A DNA stretch of 64,000 bases from a candidate division FCPU426 bacterium (GCA_963719085.1 CAVRAL010000001.1:1312001-1376000); one strand, 5' to 3'; shown: positions 48,376 through 58,395, counted from the first letter of the stretch. A program made the numbers and translations. The notes: generated from the sequence alone by a model not told the origin.

Positions 48376-49380
48376 TCAAGGTTGATTGCCTTTGAATCTT
48401 CGCGACAACCCGGTGGCGGCGTAAACTTTTTCCATGGTCTCAGCGGCGGTCCGGCGGGCCTGGCGGGCGCTTTCGGCCAAAATTTCCTCGACTTGTTCCG
48501 GATGCGCGTCCAACCGGCGGCGTTTTTCCCGCGTCTCGCCGCCGAAGTGTTTCTCGATTTGGTTTAGCAGCAGTTTTTTGGCGTCCCCGTAGCCCATACC
48601 GCCCTGCCGGAATCCCTTTTCCATTTCCGCCGTTTCCTCCGGGCTCGCCAGCAGTTTATATAAGAGGTAAATCACGTTGTTTTCAGGCTCCTTGGGCTCC
48701 GCCACGCCCTTGGAATCGGTGACGATGGCCATCACCTTCTTTTTAATCTCGGAAGCCTCCCCAAAGATCGGGATCACGCTGGCCTCGTCGCTTTTACTCA
48801 TCTTACCGCCGGTCAGGCCGATCACCTTCGGGGTTGGGCTTAACAGCGCCTCGGGAATTTTAAAGACATCCTTGGCGTAATGTTGATGAAAATAACCCGC
48901 CATGTCCCGGGTCATTTCCACGTGTTGGATCTGGTCCTGCCCCACGGGCACCCGGTCGCTTTGATAAATCAAAATATCGGCCGCCATCAGGATCGGATAA
49001 AAGAAAAGACCCATGCTGGGGGCCAATCCCCGGGCGATTTTGTCCTTAAACGAGTGGGCCCGTTCCAAAAGACCCATGCCGGTCACCGTGCTTAAAATCC
49101 AGGCCAGTTCCGTCACTTCGGGGACATCGCTTTGGCGGAAAAGCAGCGCCTTGGCCGGATCCAGCCCCAAGGCCAAATAATCGGCCGCGGCCATAAAGGT
49201 GAACTTCTCCAGCTCGGCGGCGTTTTGAAGGGTCGTGAGCGAGTGATAGTTGGCGATGAAATAATAGCACTGGCCCTTTTGCTGGAGCGCGATATGGTTT
49301 TGGATCGCCCCGAAATAATTCCCCAAATGAAGCCGTCCATTGGACTGGACGCCTGACAGATAGCGCGTGGGCGCGGTCAT
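48376..49380 (-). CDS. trpS: Tryptophan--tRNA ligase
   Basis: HLGN (HIGH-like), YPILMAADIL, VPVGQDQ.QH, KMSKS. Confidence 0.97.
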   Translation of the reverse strand: MTAPTRYLSGVQSNGRLHLGNYFGAIQNHIALQQKGQCYYFIANYHSLTTLQNAAELEKFTFMAAADYLALGLDPAKALLFRQSDVPEVTELAWILSTVTGMGLLERAHSFKDKIARGLAPSMGLFFYPILMAADILIYQSDRVPVGQDQIQHVEMTRDMAGYFHQHYAKDVFKIPEALLSPTPKVIGLTGGKMSKSDEASVIPIFGEASEIKKKVMAIVTDSKGVAEPKEPENNVIYLLYKLLASPEETAEMEKGFRQGGMGYGDAKKLLLNQIEKHFGGETREKRRRLDAHPEQVEEILAESARQARRTAAETMEKVYAATGLSRRFKGNQP

Positions 49381-49483
49381 GCGGCCCTCGATTCCAATGG
49401 TTTACGAGCGATTTTCATTAAAAATAATTCCTGTTCATTGAGCGTGGTCAGCGGAAAGGGGTCTCAATTTACCAACGGTTTCT

Positions 49484-50746
49484 TTAGATGACAAAGGTTT
49501 TTTTAACCCAAGCCAGGGCTTCCAAGCGGTTTTTGAATTTGCCGTCCAACTGCCCGTCCAACGCCTCAAGCAAAATGAAGGAATAGCGGAACCCCGGCGG
49601 GATTCCCATGGCTTTCAAATCGCCGCCCCGGACCCAAGGCTGGATCTGGTGGACCCGTTTGAAATAGACTCCCATCTTTTTGCGCGAGGCCGCCGGCGCG
49701 GTGGCCCAAAGGAAACATTGCACTTCCGGGCGCAGGGGCGAGAGGAAACGATAAAGCCGGCTCACCGAAAGACCCGGCTTGGCGATCTCGTGAAACAAGG
49801 ACGGGACAAAGCGGGCGGACTGGGACACAATCTTTTGCTCGGTGCGCGAAAGCGCCAGGCGTTTGGACAGGCCCGCGACCTCCTTGGGCGAGGGATGATT
49901 CAAGAGCGCTTGAAACCAGACCGCGGTTTCTTCCAAACCCAAACTCACTTTTTTAAATTCCTCGACCGCCGGAACGACGCGCGCGAGCGACTGGCGCACC
50001 AGCGGGGAAACGCCCAAAGCCGGATGGATATGGGGCAAAACCCGAAGTTCTCCCAGCCGCTTCACCGCCCCCGCGGGGTGGGGTTCTTGAAAAATCAGCC
50101 GCAGCTCATTGCGCAGCCGCTCCCCCGACACCCGTTGGATATAGTCGCCCCGGACGGCCTGGGACAGCCATTGTTGGGTCTTGGCCTCAATGCGTTTCCC
50201 AAACCGCTGCTCAAACCGCACCGCGCGGAAAATACGGGTCGGGTCGTCGATAAAACTTTTATCATGCAGGGCGCGGATCCTTCCCTTTTTAAGGTCTTCC
50301 AAGCCGTCGAAAGGATCCAACAGCTTGAGAAAATAACCCGGGGACAGGCTCAAGGCCATGGCGTTCAAGGTAAAGTCGCGCCGGTACAGGTCCTGCACGA
50401 TTCCGCTTTTTTTAACCGAGGGCAGGGCGCCGGGCCGCTCATAACTTTCGGTCCGGGCGGTCGCGATATCCACCTTGCCGAATCCCGGCACGATCACGAT
50501 GGAGGTGCCGAACCGGGTGAAGGACTCCACGTCCGATCCCGTGAGCTTGGCGAACTTCTCGGCGAAGGTGACCCCATCCCCCTCCACCGTGATGTCGATA
50601 TCCACGCCGGGAACTTTTAGGAAAAGATCCCGCACGAAACCACCGACGGCGTAAGCCGCCTCGCCGCGGGAATCGGCCAAGCTTCCAATTTTCCTGAGCA
50701 GGGAAAGGGTTTGGGGCGGGATTTTAAAAGCGAACTGGGTTTTCAT
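49484..50746 (-). CDS. cca: Class II tRNA nucleotidyltransferase (CCA/A-adding family)
   Basis: VGGFVRD, DIDI, RRDFT.NA, DDPTRIFRAVRF. Confidence 0.85.
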   Translation of the reverse strand: MKTQFAFKIPPQTLSLLRKIGSLADSRGEAAYAVGGFVRDLFLKVPGVDIDITVEGDGVTFAEKFAKLTGSDVESFTRFGTSIVIVPGFGKVDIATARTESYERPGALPSVKKSGIVQDLYRRDFTLNAMALSLSPGYFLKLLDPFDGLEDLKKGRIRALHDKSFIDDPTRIFRAVRFEQRFGKRIEAKTQQWLSQAVRGDYIQRVSGERLRNELRLIFQEPHPAGAVKRLGELRVLPHIHPALGVSPLVRQSLARVVPAVEEFKKVSLGLEETAVWFQALLNHPSPKEVAGLSKRLALSRTEQKIVSQSARFVPSLFHEIAKPGLSVSRLYRFLSPLRPEVQCFLWATAPAASRKKMGVYFKRVHQIQPWVRGGDLKAMGIPPGFRYSFILLEALDGQLDGKFKNRLEALAWVKKTFVI

Positions 50747-50959
50747 GACGGCTCCTGAGTCTATCGCGAAAAGCAAAGGGCTCTTCTTCCGGCCAACTTA
50801 CCCGGCTTCGCCCAAAACGGGCTTCGCCGGGTTATCCTTTGCCCCTGATCAAAATCCGGCGTAGCTCCTCGTGTGATCCTCGGTTTCTCATTGTATCAAG
50901 ACGAAGCCGGATAAAAAAACCAGGGGCTTGGGTTCCAATCCCTAGGAGCGTTGAAAGAG

Positions 50960-51343
50960 TTAAACGAAAAAATGGCCCGTTGTTTCGTAGGCGTTTTCAT
51001 AATGACGGATTTTTAAGCGCCCGAACAGCCCTTTATCCGGGCCCAGGGTAATAATGTCAAAACGGCAGGATTGGGCCGAAAGCCCTTCCTTCGCCAAATA
51101 AGCCGCGGCGGCCGCTGAGACGCGTTGAACCTTCCGGGGCGAAACCGCCTCCAGGGGGCTCCCCGCGAAACTACCCCGGCGCATCTTGACCTCGACAAAC
51201 ACCAGCCAATCGCCCTTGGCCACGATCAAATCAATCTCACCCGAAGGGACCCGGTAGTTTTGGGCCACCACCCGGTAACCCCGCCGTTTGAAAAAAGACG
51301 CCGCGCGCGCCTCGCCTTGCCGCCCCTCCGAATGGCTGGTCAA
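50960..51343 (-). CDS. yraN: YraN-family protein
   Basis: G..GE..A, GEIDLI, LVFVEVK, CRFD. Confidence 0.92.
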   Translation of the reverse strand: MTSHSEGRQGEARAASFFKRRGYRVVAQNYRVPSGEIDLIVAKGDWLVFVEVKMRRGSFAGSPLEAVSPRKVQRVSAAAAAYLAKEGLSAQSCRFDIITLGPDKGLFGRLKIRHYENAYETTGHFFV

Positions 51344-52314
51344 AGCGCGCCGCCCCAGACCGCCATTTTCACCCGGTAATCCTCGCGCAACTCCTCCAAA
51401 CCTTTGGCGTTCAATCCCGGTGTTCCCAGCCGTTTAATTTGATGTCCCACCTGTTTGAGTTCCGCCGCGTTTTGGGTTTGATGGATGCGGCCCTTCCAAT
51501 AAGCCACGGGTCCGCCTCCCCATTGGGCCAGAAGCGCCTGCACCACGGGCCCAAAGGAAACCCGGTGCTCGGGACAAGGCCCCTTTTCCCGCAGGGCTTT
51601 TAAATGCTCCTCCGTGCCGTAACCCTTATGGGCCATAAATCCATAGCCCGGATACCGCTGGTCCAAGTCCTCCATTTCATGGTCGCGCGTCACCTTGGCG
51701 ATGATGGAGGCCGCCGCGATGCTGGCGGACAAAGCGTCCCCGTGAATGAGGGGCTTTTGGGGAATGGACGAAAGCGCGGGCAAGGGCATGGCGTCGGTTA
51801 AAAGGAAATCAGGCAAGGGCGAGAGGACCCGGACCGCCCGTTCCATGGCCGTCTGGGTGGCTTTATAGATGTTCAGCTCGTCAATTTCCCGCGCGCTGGC
51901 CCGGCCCACGCCGACTGCGAGGGCGGAGCGGTTGATCTCCACGAACAACTTTTCCCGTTTTTCAGGGGTCAGTTTTTTGGAGTCATTGAGCCCGGCGCAG
52001 GACCAGCCCTCCGGCAAAAGGACCGCCGCCGTCACCACCGCGCCCACCAAGGGCCCCCGGCCCGCCTCATCAATCCCCGCCACCCGTTTGGCGCCGGCGG
52101 CCAAGGCTTCCCGCTCATGGATCCAAAGGGCCGCGACGCGCGTTTGTTCTTTCTCGTGGGCCCGTAAAAGCTTTTCATATTTTTCGATGAGCTTGCGGGC
52201 TCCCGCGCGCTTGTCCGCGCCAAGGGCTTCTCGCAGCGCGGATAAGGCCTCCCGGGGGGAGCGGCCCTCGGAGGCGGACATTTCTACTTCAGATAGTGAT
52301 TTTTCTTCGGACAT
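51340..52314 (-). CDS. rnhB: Ribonuclease HII with terminal extensions
   Basis: GIDEAGRGPL, DSKKL, AAASIIAKVTRD, HKGYGT. Confidence 0.96.
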   Translation of the reverse strand: MSEEKSLSEVEMSASEGRSPREALSALREALGADKRAGARKLIEKYEKLLRAHEKEQTRVAALWIHEREALAAGAKRVAGIDEAGRGPLVGAVVTAAVLLPEGWSCAGLNDSKKLTPEKREKLFVEINRSALAVGVGRASAREIDELNIYKATQTAMERAVRVLSPLPDFLLTDAMPLPALSSIPQKPLIHGDALSASIAAASIIAKVTRDHEMEDLDQRYPGYGFMAHKGYGTEEHLKALREKGPCPEHRVSFGPVVQALLAQWGGGPVAYWKGRIHQTQNAAELKQVGHQIKRLGTPGLNAKGLEELREDYRVKMAVWGGAL

Positions 52315-52350
52315 GGGCCCTCTTTAAGGGATTCAAAACCTTTAACAAAA

Positions 52351-52435
52351 ACCATTTTTACCAACCAGTTCACCAAGTGAAACAAAACCAAAAAATCTTT
52401 GATTTTATTTTTTCTTGGTAGCCTTGGCGGTAAAC
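52351..52435. repeat. Degenerate intergenic inverted-repeat element
   Basis: tttaccaaccagttcaccaag ... cttggtagccttggcggtaaa. Confidence 0.5.
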
Positions 52436-52452
52436 GCGGCTTCAGTTCTCGC

Positions 52453-54054
52453 CTAGGGATTCGATCCGGGAGTGGGCGTCGGTGAGGCGTTGGCTGTCGA
52501 ACCAGGCACGGCCGTCAGGACAGGCGTGGGCGTTGATTTTACGGAAGGCGCCAACAGCAAGGTGACCGGCGCGGCGTCGGCCACATCCTGATCCTGGGAT
52601 TTCAAAGCCGCGTTAAAGATAGGGGACTTTTTCGGGTCCCAGTCCTTGGGAACCTCAAATTGAAGCGTCAGTGTTTTAATTTCCGAGGAGGCCACCGTGC
52701 CCAAATCCCAATCGACTTTATCCCCATTTAATTTCCAACCCGTGGTGAGGGCGGTCGGCGCCGAGGGAGCCAAGGTCGTGCCCGCCTGGCCGGCGGCCGG
52801 CGCGGGCGTCGGCGTGGCGGTAACGGTCGGCGAAGGCGTTGGCGCCGTCACACCGGCGGTCGCCGAAACCGTGGGAACCAGTGTCAGAGACTTATCCTCG
52901 TAAGGCTTAAAGTTTTTGGGCAGCGACAACTCAAAGGTGACCGCCGGCGACACCAATAAACTTTGGTTCAAGATTGTGTAAGTCAGGGTCCAAAGCTTGG
53001 TGGCTTTGGCCGGCTTGGCCAACTCCCCTTTAAATAAGAATGAAAATTTGGGGGATTCGCCTTTGGATTGGAACTTGAAAATGGCCCCCGCTTGGCCCAC
53101 GGCGAAACCCGTGTCACCGGAGAAGGACAGCGCATTTAAGGAGGGCTTGCTGTCGGGCTTGGGATGGGGGATCCAACGCGAGCCGTCATAATAAAGGATG
53201 GTTCCATTCTGCCCCACCGCCCAGCCGTCGCTGTCATTACGCATATAAACTTGATAAATGTCGAAGCCCGAAAAAGCCGTTCCCAGGCCGGCCCAAGTGG
53301 TCCCATTGAACCGAAGGATCGTTCCATAGGCTCCCACGATCCAGGCTTGCAGATTATCGATGGTGGAGACCGCGTTGAGCCTTTCGGTGGTCGGCGGGGC
53401 CGGGAAAGGCTTCCAGGTTTGGCCGTCAAACTTGAGGATAACCCCCTGGTTTCCCACCGCCCAGCCGTTGTTGGTGTCGGATAAATTCACGTCGTTCAAA
53501 TCGCCCGTCACCGGCGGATCGAGTTTGCTCAGGTCGATCGCGCTCCAGGAAACGCCGTTGAAATTAATCAGGGTGCCGTTGGCGCCCACGGCCCAAGCGG
53601 TTCGATTGGGATTGACCGAGATGCCGTATAAGTTTTGCTGGGTGGGCGAGGGGAAAAGGCTCCAGACGCCGCCTTTGTAACAGAGGATCAATCCATGGGT
53701 GCCCACGATCCAGCCGTTATTCTCGTCGGAAAACCCCATCGCCATAAAATTTTCGGTTTGGGCCAGGTTCAGGGGAAATCTTGACCAGGTATCGCCGTCA
53801 TATTTGAGGATGGTTCCGTTATTGCCGCAGATCCAGCCCGACTTGTTTGAAACCATGTCGATGGCGTTCAAGCTGTCGGTCAAGGTAAAGGTCACCGGAA
53901 AGGAGGTCCAATAAATGACGCTGGACTCGGGAGCGATCGCCCCGTTGGATTGGGTGGCGTTCTGGGGGGTCAGGGGATTTACGGCTCCGCTGCCGGTACA
54001 ACCGGTGGCATTGAGCGCCAAGAACCCTAAAAGCAAGAGAAGTAAAAAAGGCAT
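52453..54054 (-). CDS. Beta-propeller (Ycf48-like) lipoprotein
   Basis: Lipobox-like ATGC; repeated GWAVG..G.IL.FDG..W blades. Confidence 0.8.
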   Translation of the reverse strand: MPFLLLLLLGFLALNATGCTGSGAVNPLTPQNATQSNGAIAPESSVIYWTSFPVTFTLTDSLNAIDMVSNKSGWICGNNGTILKYDGDTWSRFPLNLAQTENFMAMGFSDENNGWIVGTHGLILCYKGGVWSLFPSPTQQNLYGISVNPNRTAWAVGANGTLINFNGVSWSAIDLSKLDPPVTGDLNDVNLSDTNNGWAVGNQGVILKFDGQTWKPFPAPPTTERLNAVSTIDNLQAWIVGAYGTILRFNGTTWAGLGTAFSGFDIYQVYMRNDSDGWAVGQNGTILYYDGSRWIPHPKPDSKPSLNALSFSGDTGFAVGQAGAIFKFQSKGESPKFSFLFKGELAKPAKATKLWTLTYTILNQSLLVSPAVTFELSLPKNFKPYEDKSLTLVPTVSATAGVTAPTPSPTVTATPTPAPAAGQAGTTLAPSAPTALTTGWKLNGDKVDWDLGTVASSEIKTLTLQFEVPKDWDPKKSPIFNAALKSQDQDVADAAPVTLLLAPSVKSTPTPVLTAVPGSTANASPTPTPGSNP

Positions 54055-54230
54055 GGACTTATCCTACCCATGATTTTAAAAGGACGCAAGCGAAGCCCAT
54101 ACAGAAGGGGCGAAGTCCACGGCCAACCATACAGCCGGGGACAAATCCAAATGGCTGGGTTGCGCGGCCGCGAAGACACTTTCAGGGCCACTGGTTAGAC
54201 GAAGGAACGATCCCAAACGGACCCTAAAAC

Positions 54231-54259
54231 AAAAAAGCCGCCCCGAAGGACGGCTTTTT
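54231..54259 (-). terminator. Intrinsic terminator after rplS
   Basis: AAAAAAGCCG...CGGCTTTTT. Confidence 0.75.
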
Positions 54260-54282
54260 CAAACAAAGTCAGTTGAAAAAAA

Positions 54283-54732
54283 TCAGGCCTTTTCTTGCGA
54301 ACCAGCCTCAGCCGCGGACTCAGCCGGCGCGGGAGCGGCCGCAGGGGCCTCAACCGCCGCGGGAGCCGCCGTCGTTTTCGTCGGCTTCTTGGATTCTTGG
54401 ATGCGGGCGTCCTTCTTGCTGAGCTTGGAGCGCAAGTAGAAGAGCTTGGCGCGGCGGACCTTGCCGGAACGGATTGTCTTCACTTCTTTGAGCATCGGCG
54501 ATTGGTACAGGAAGGTTTTTTCCACGCCCACGCCGTAGGAAACTTTGCGCACGGTGAACCGCATATGGGATCCCGAGCCTTGGATGCCAATGACCAGGCC
54601 CTCGTACAATTGAACGCGTTCTTTCTCGCCTTCCTTGATGCGGATCGACACTTTCACGGTATCGCCCACCCGGAAGGGGACGTCTTTGCGGATAATCTGG
54701 GCATCGTCAATCTTCTTAATAATCGCGTTCAT
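54283..54732 (-). CDS. rplS: 50S ribosomal protein L19
   Basis: FRVGDTVKV, EGEKERVQ, FTVRKVSYGVGVE, GKVRRAKLFYLR. Confidence 0.97.
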   Translation of the reverse strand: MNAIIKKIDDAQIIRKDVPFRVGDTVKVSIRIKEGEKERVQLYEGLVIGIQGSGSHMRFTVRKVSYGVGVEKTFLYQSPMLKEVKTIRSGKVRRAKLFYLRSKLSKKDARIQESKKPTKTTAAPAAVEAPAAAPAPAESAAEAGSQEKA

Positions 54733-54770
54733 CTTTTTCTCCTTCAGTTTCACCCCGGTGAGGGGGTCCT

Positions 54771-55514
54771 TCATTTTTTGGGGGGCGGGTTTTCCTTTTG
54801 GATTTCCCGGATCAGTTCCCGATCCCCTTCACTTAACACCACTCGATTCAGCAAATCGGGGCGTTTCAACAGCGTGTTCCTGAGCGATTCTTTTCGACGC
54901 CATCGCTCGATATTTTTGTGGTTTCCCGAGAGCAAAACCTCGGGCACCTTCAAACCTTTAAAAACGTGGGGTCGAGTATAATGCGGATAGTCCAATAATC
55001 CATTAAAAAAACTGTCTTTTTCGACCGATTCCCGGTCCCCCACAACCCCTGGGAGAAACCGCGCCAGGGCATCCACCAGAACCGCCGCCGCCGGTTCCCC
55101 GCCCGTTAAAACAAAGTCCCCGAGGCTTATTTCCTCGTCCACCAGGCCCATCACCCGCTCGTCCAGGCCCTCATAATGCCCGCACACCAACAGCAGGGAC
55201 TTTTCCTTCACCAACTCCATCACCAACCCGTGGGTGAGGGGCCTGCCCTGGGGCGAGAGCAGGATCACCTTTACTTTTTTCCGGCCCTTTTTCAACCGTT
55301 GAATGCCCTTCATCAAGGGCTCGGGCTTCATCACCATGCCGGCGCCGCCGCCATAAGGCACATCGTCGGCGGTCTTTCGTTTGCCCTCGGCGAAGTCCCG
55401 CAGGTAAGTCACCCGAAGGTCCAAGGCTTTCTTTTCGACCGCCCGCTTCACCATGCTCACCGTGAAGGGGCCCTGAAAATATTCCGGAAACAACGTCAGA
55501 ATATCAATCCGCAT
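54771..55514 (-). CDS. trmD: tRNA (guanine-N1)-methyltransferase
   Basis: DD.PYGGGAGMVM, LSPQG, CGHYEG.DER, SLGDFVLTGGE. Confidence 0.98.
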   Translation of the reverse strand: MRIDILTLFPEYFQGPFTVSMVKRAVEKKALDLRVTYLRDFAEGKRKTADDVPYGGGAGMVMKPEPLMKGIQRLKKGRKKVKVILLSPQGRPLTHGLVMELVKEKSLLLVCGHYEGLDERVMGLVDEEISLGDFVLTGGEPAAAVLVDALARFLPGVVGDRESVEKDSFFNGLLDYPHYTRPHVFKGLKVPEVLLSGNHKNIERWRRKESLRNTLLKRPDLLNRVVLSEGDRELIREIQKENPPPKK

Positions 55515-56067
55515 TGTCCCCATCAATTTCCCCCGGCATCACCACCACCATGCGTTTGGTTTTGAAGTCCACCCGTTGAATGACGGACTTCAAAGCCGGA
55601 ATCAAGGTTTCCTTTTCGCCGTCCCGCGCCACGCAGACCCAATTGGCCGGTGTTTCCAAAATATCGACGATGACTCCCAAGGAAAGCCCTTCGGCCGTCT
55701 CCACCTTTAGACCGTTCAAGTCATGCAAGTAATAGGAATCCTCGGGCAATTCTTCCTCGGAACCCGCCGGCACGCAAAGCTGGGCGCCCCGCAAACCTTC
55801 GGCCGCCTCGACGCCGGCCACTTCTTTTAAAAGCAGGACCGCGTCCCCGTCGTTATGCAGGAACCCTTTGACCACCGAGACCTTCTTCACTTCCAAACCC
55901 TTCACGACCAGCCGCAAATCCCGGCAAGCCGCCAAACGTTCCAGGCCCGAACAGCTCAAGGAAACCTTGACCTGGCCTTTGAGGCCATGGGGACGCACGA
56001 TGGTGCCCAGGACCACGAAATCCGCGTTGGAGTTTTCGGAGTGGAGTGAAGCTGAGTTATTCAACAA
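55504..56067 (-). CDS. rimM: Ribosome maturation factor RimM
   Basis: G.I..PHGLKG.V, YYLHDL.GL, LIPA; synteny. Confidence 0.93.
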   Translation of the reverse strand: MLNNSASLHSENSNADFVVLGTIVRPHGLKGQVKVSLSCSGLERLAACRDLRLVVKGLEVKKVSVVKGFLHNDGDAVLLLKEVAGVEAAEGLRGAQLCVPAGSEEELPEDSYYLHDLNGLKVETAEGLSLGVIVDILETPANWVCVARDGEKETLIPALKSVIQRVDFKTKRMVVVMPGEIDGDNAD

Positions 56068-56287
56068 CTTCGAGGGAATACTTCGAACCGTTCTTGGCGC
56101 AGGAAGCCGCGATCAAGGTACGGATGGCTTTAATCGTGCGGCCCTGCTTGCCGATCACTTTTCCATAATCTTCTTTGGAAACGCGTAATTCCAAGACCGT
56201 CAAATTCCCTTCCATGCGTTCTTGAAGGGCGACGTTCTCGGGCTTATCCACCAAAGACTTGGCGACGAACTCAATTAATTCTTTCAT
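56057..56287 (-). CDS. khpA: KH-domain RNA-binding protein KhpA
   Basis: MKELIEF..K.LVD.P, GKVIGKQGRT; between rpsP and rimM. Confidence 0.93.
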   Translation of the reverse strand: MKELIEFVAKSLVDKPENVALQERMEGNLTVLELRVSKEDYGKVIGKQGRTIKAIRTLIAASCAKNGSKYSLEVVE

Positions 56288-56317
56288 GACAACCTTCTAT
56301 TAAACGAAGTGGCCGGC

Positions 56318-56566
56318 TTAAATCTTGACGCCGGCTTTTTTAAGAATCCCGCTGACGGTTTCCGACGGAATCGCGCCCTTCTTGACCCAAGACTGAATGG
56401 CTTCTTGGTTCAAGTTCAACACGTGATTGTCGACCGAACGGGGGTTATAGGTGCCCAAATCCTCAACTCGACGGCCTTTTCCCGGAAAACGGGAATCGAC
56501 GACGATCAGGCGGAAATAAGGCTTCTTCTTGCTTCCCATACGCTTTAAACGAATCTTGACAGACAC
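56318..56566 (-). CDS. rpsP: 30S ribosomal protein S16
   Basis: VKIRLKRMG.KK.P.FR..V.DSR, LGTYNP, GA.PSETV. Confidence 0.97.
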   Translation of the reverse strand: MSVKIRLKRMGSKKKPYFRLIVVDSRFPGKGRRVEDLGTYNPRSVDNHVLNLNQEAIQSWVKKGAIPSETVSGILKKAGVKI

Positions 56567-56726
56567 AAGTCCTCCTCAAAACAGGGCAAAAGAATGTGAA
56601 AGAGGAAGGATTCTAAAAACCTACCCCCGGTTTGTCAAGGAAATAGCCCCTCAAAGGGCCTCCGGGGCAAGCCCATATGGCTCCGGTGCCTCCCTAAACG
56701 GCTTTATCGCCCCATCGGCTCAAGTT

Positions 56727-58391
56727 TCATTGTTTGAATCTGGCTTGAAGCCGCTTGGCGGCCAACGAAACGACGCTTTCCCAATCCCCCAATATTGGCT
56801 GCCTTAAAAGCTCGGCGGCGGGGTACCAGGGGCAATCCGCGCGGTTGAGGAACCAACGGTAGTCCGGCGCGAAAGGGACTAAAACCCAGAGGGGCTTTCC
56901 CAAGGCGCCCGCCAAATGGGCGGCCGAGGAGTCCACGGAAACAACCCCATCCAACTGGGCGACCAGCGCGGCCGTATCCGAAAAATCGCCCAAGGCATCC
57001 CGATGATCCTGAATCCGCTTGGACGCGTTCAACCATTCCTGGTCCACCGCGCGCAGTTCTTTTTGCAAGGAGTGGAACTCATAAGGCAGATCGAAAAGCG
57101 GGGCCAATGTTTTTAAGGGAACGCTCCGATTATGGTCATTGCTATGTTCCGGCCTTCCCGACCAGGCCAATCCAATCCGCGGTTTTCTTTTCGGCCCCAG
57201 TGCTTGACCCCAAGCGTCCACCTTAGATGGGTCCGCGGTTAGGTAGGGAACCTCCGCCGGAATCGCCGCCAAGGTCGTCTTAAAAGCCAAGGGCAAACTG
57301 ATAAGCGGACATTGCAGGTCAAACGGAGGCAGATCAACTCCCGCATCCACGACTCGAGCCTTAGTCTTCAAGGTTCTGAGCAATGGCACCAGGGGCCTGG
57401 GCGCCTCAAAAATAACCCGGGCTCCCAGCTTTTCCACCATCGGCACGTAGCGGGCATACTGCATAATGTCCCCCAGGCCCTGCTCCGCCCAAATCAGGAT
57501 GGTTTTTCCCGCCAGGGGCGGGCCCCCCAGCCAAAGCGGCTGGGAAAAATTCCGGGCTTCCTTTTTCATCGCGCTTTTCCAACGCCATTCGTAAAGCTTC
57601 CAGCCCTCCTCAAACTCACCCTGCAAAAGCCGGGCCTGGGACTTATTCCAATAAGCGAAAGCAAAATCGGATTTGAGCGCGATGGCCTTGTCGTAATTCT
57701 CCACCGCTTCCGGCAGGCGCCCCAATTCCTGCAAAGCGATTCCCCGGTTGTTCCAGGAATCCGCGTGATCGGGTTTGAGTGAAATCGCCCGGTCATAATC
57801 CGCCAAGGCCTCTCGCGGCCGCGCCAAAAACCGAAAGGCGTTTCCCCGGTTGTTGAAACCCTCCGGATCGGCCGGCCGAAGCGAAACCGTTTGGTTGAAG
57901 TTGTCCAGGGCTTTCAGGGGTTGGCGCGCGCGAAGATAAAGCGCGCCTTGGTTGTTGAGGGCTTCCACTTGATGGGGGTTCAGCCGCAAGGCCGATTCAT
58001 AGCTTTCCACCGCTTCTTCCAGCCGTCCCAAATCCCGGAGCGTGTTTCCCCGGTTGAAATAAAGCCAAGCTTCCGGCTTGAGGGCGATGGCCCGGTCGTA
58101 ACTCTCCAGGGATTCCTGAAGCCGGCCCAAGCCTTCCAAAGCCTGGGCCCTCCCGGTCAGGGCCGGGAGAAAATCCGTCCGCGAGGCCAGGGCCCGTTCA
58201 AATCCTTGAAGCGCCTGGTCGAAATGCTTCTGTTCGAGATGGAGGGCGGCCAGGTGGACGAGAAGCGGAAGACTATCGGGAAAATCTTTCAGCAGTCCCT
58301 GAAGCCCTCGCGCGGCTTCGGAAAGTTCGCCGGAGCGGTGAAACGCGATGACCTTTTGGAGCCGGGGGTCGGAAGGGTCGAGCTTCATCAA
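56727..58391 (-). CDS. TPR + glycosyltransferase-9-like protein
   Basis: TPRs followed by GW..YEWR, EQGLGD..Q, IGLAWSG, SVDS..AHLAGALG. Confidence 0.88.
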   Translation of the reverse strand: MMKLDPSDPRLQKVIAFHRSGELSEAARGLQGLLKDFPDSLPLLVHLAALHLEQKHFDQALQGFERALASRTDFLPALTGRAQALEGLGRLQESLESYDRAIALKPEAWLYFNRGNTLRDLGRLEEAVESYESALRLNPHQVEALNNQGALYLRARQPLKALDNFNQTVSLRPADPEGFNNRGNAFRFLARPREALADYDRAISLKPDHADSWNNRGIALQELGRLPEAVENYDKAIALKSDFAFAYWNKSQARLLQGEFEEGWKLYEWRWKSAMKKEARNFSQPLWLGGPPLAGKTILIWAEQGLGDIMQYARYVPMVEKLGARVIFEAPRPLVPLLRTLKTKARVVDAGVDLPPFDLQCPLISLPLAFKTTLAAIPAEVPYLTADPSKVDAWGQALGPKRKPRIGLAWSGRPEHSNDHNRSVPLKTLAPLFDLPYEFHSLQKELRAVDQEWLNASKRIQDHRDALGDFSDTAALVAQLDGVVSVDSSAAHLAGALGKPLWVLVPFAPDYRWFLNRADCPWYPAAELLRQPILGDWESVVSLAAKRLQARFKQ

Positions 58392-58395
58392 AGGA

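Noticed and set aside
41956..50620. Long + strand ORFs opposite miaB, TPR, cyclase and cca
   Set aside because: Antisense shadows expected in GC-rich coding DNA; no motifs.
50833..50891. 19-aa leader peptide MRNRGSHEELRRILIRGKG before cca-trpS
   Set aside because: No RBS, the ATG overlaps the -10-like box, and there are no Trp codons to support attenuation.
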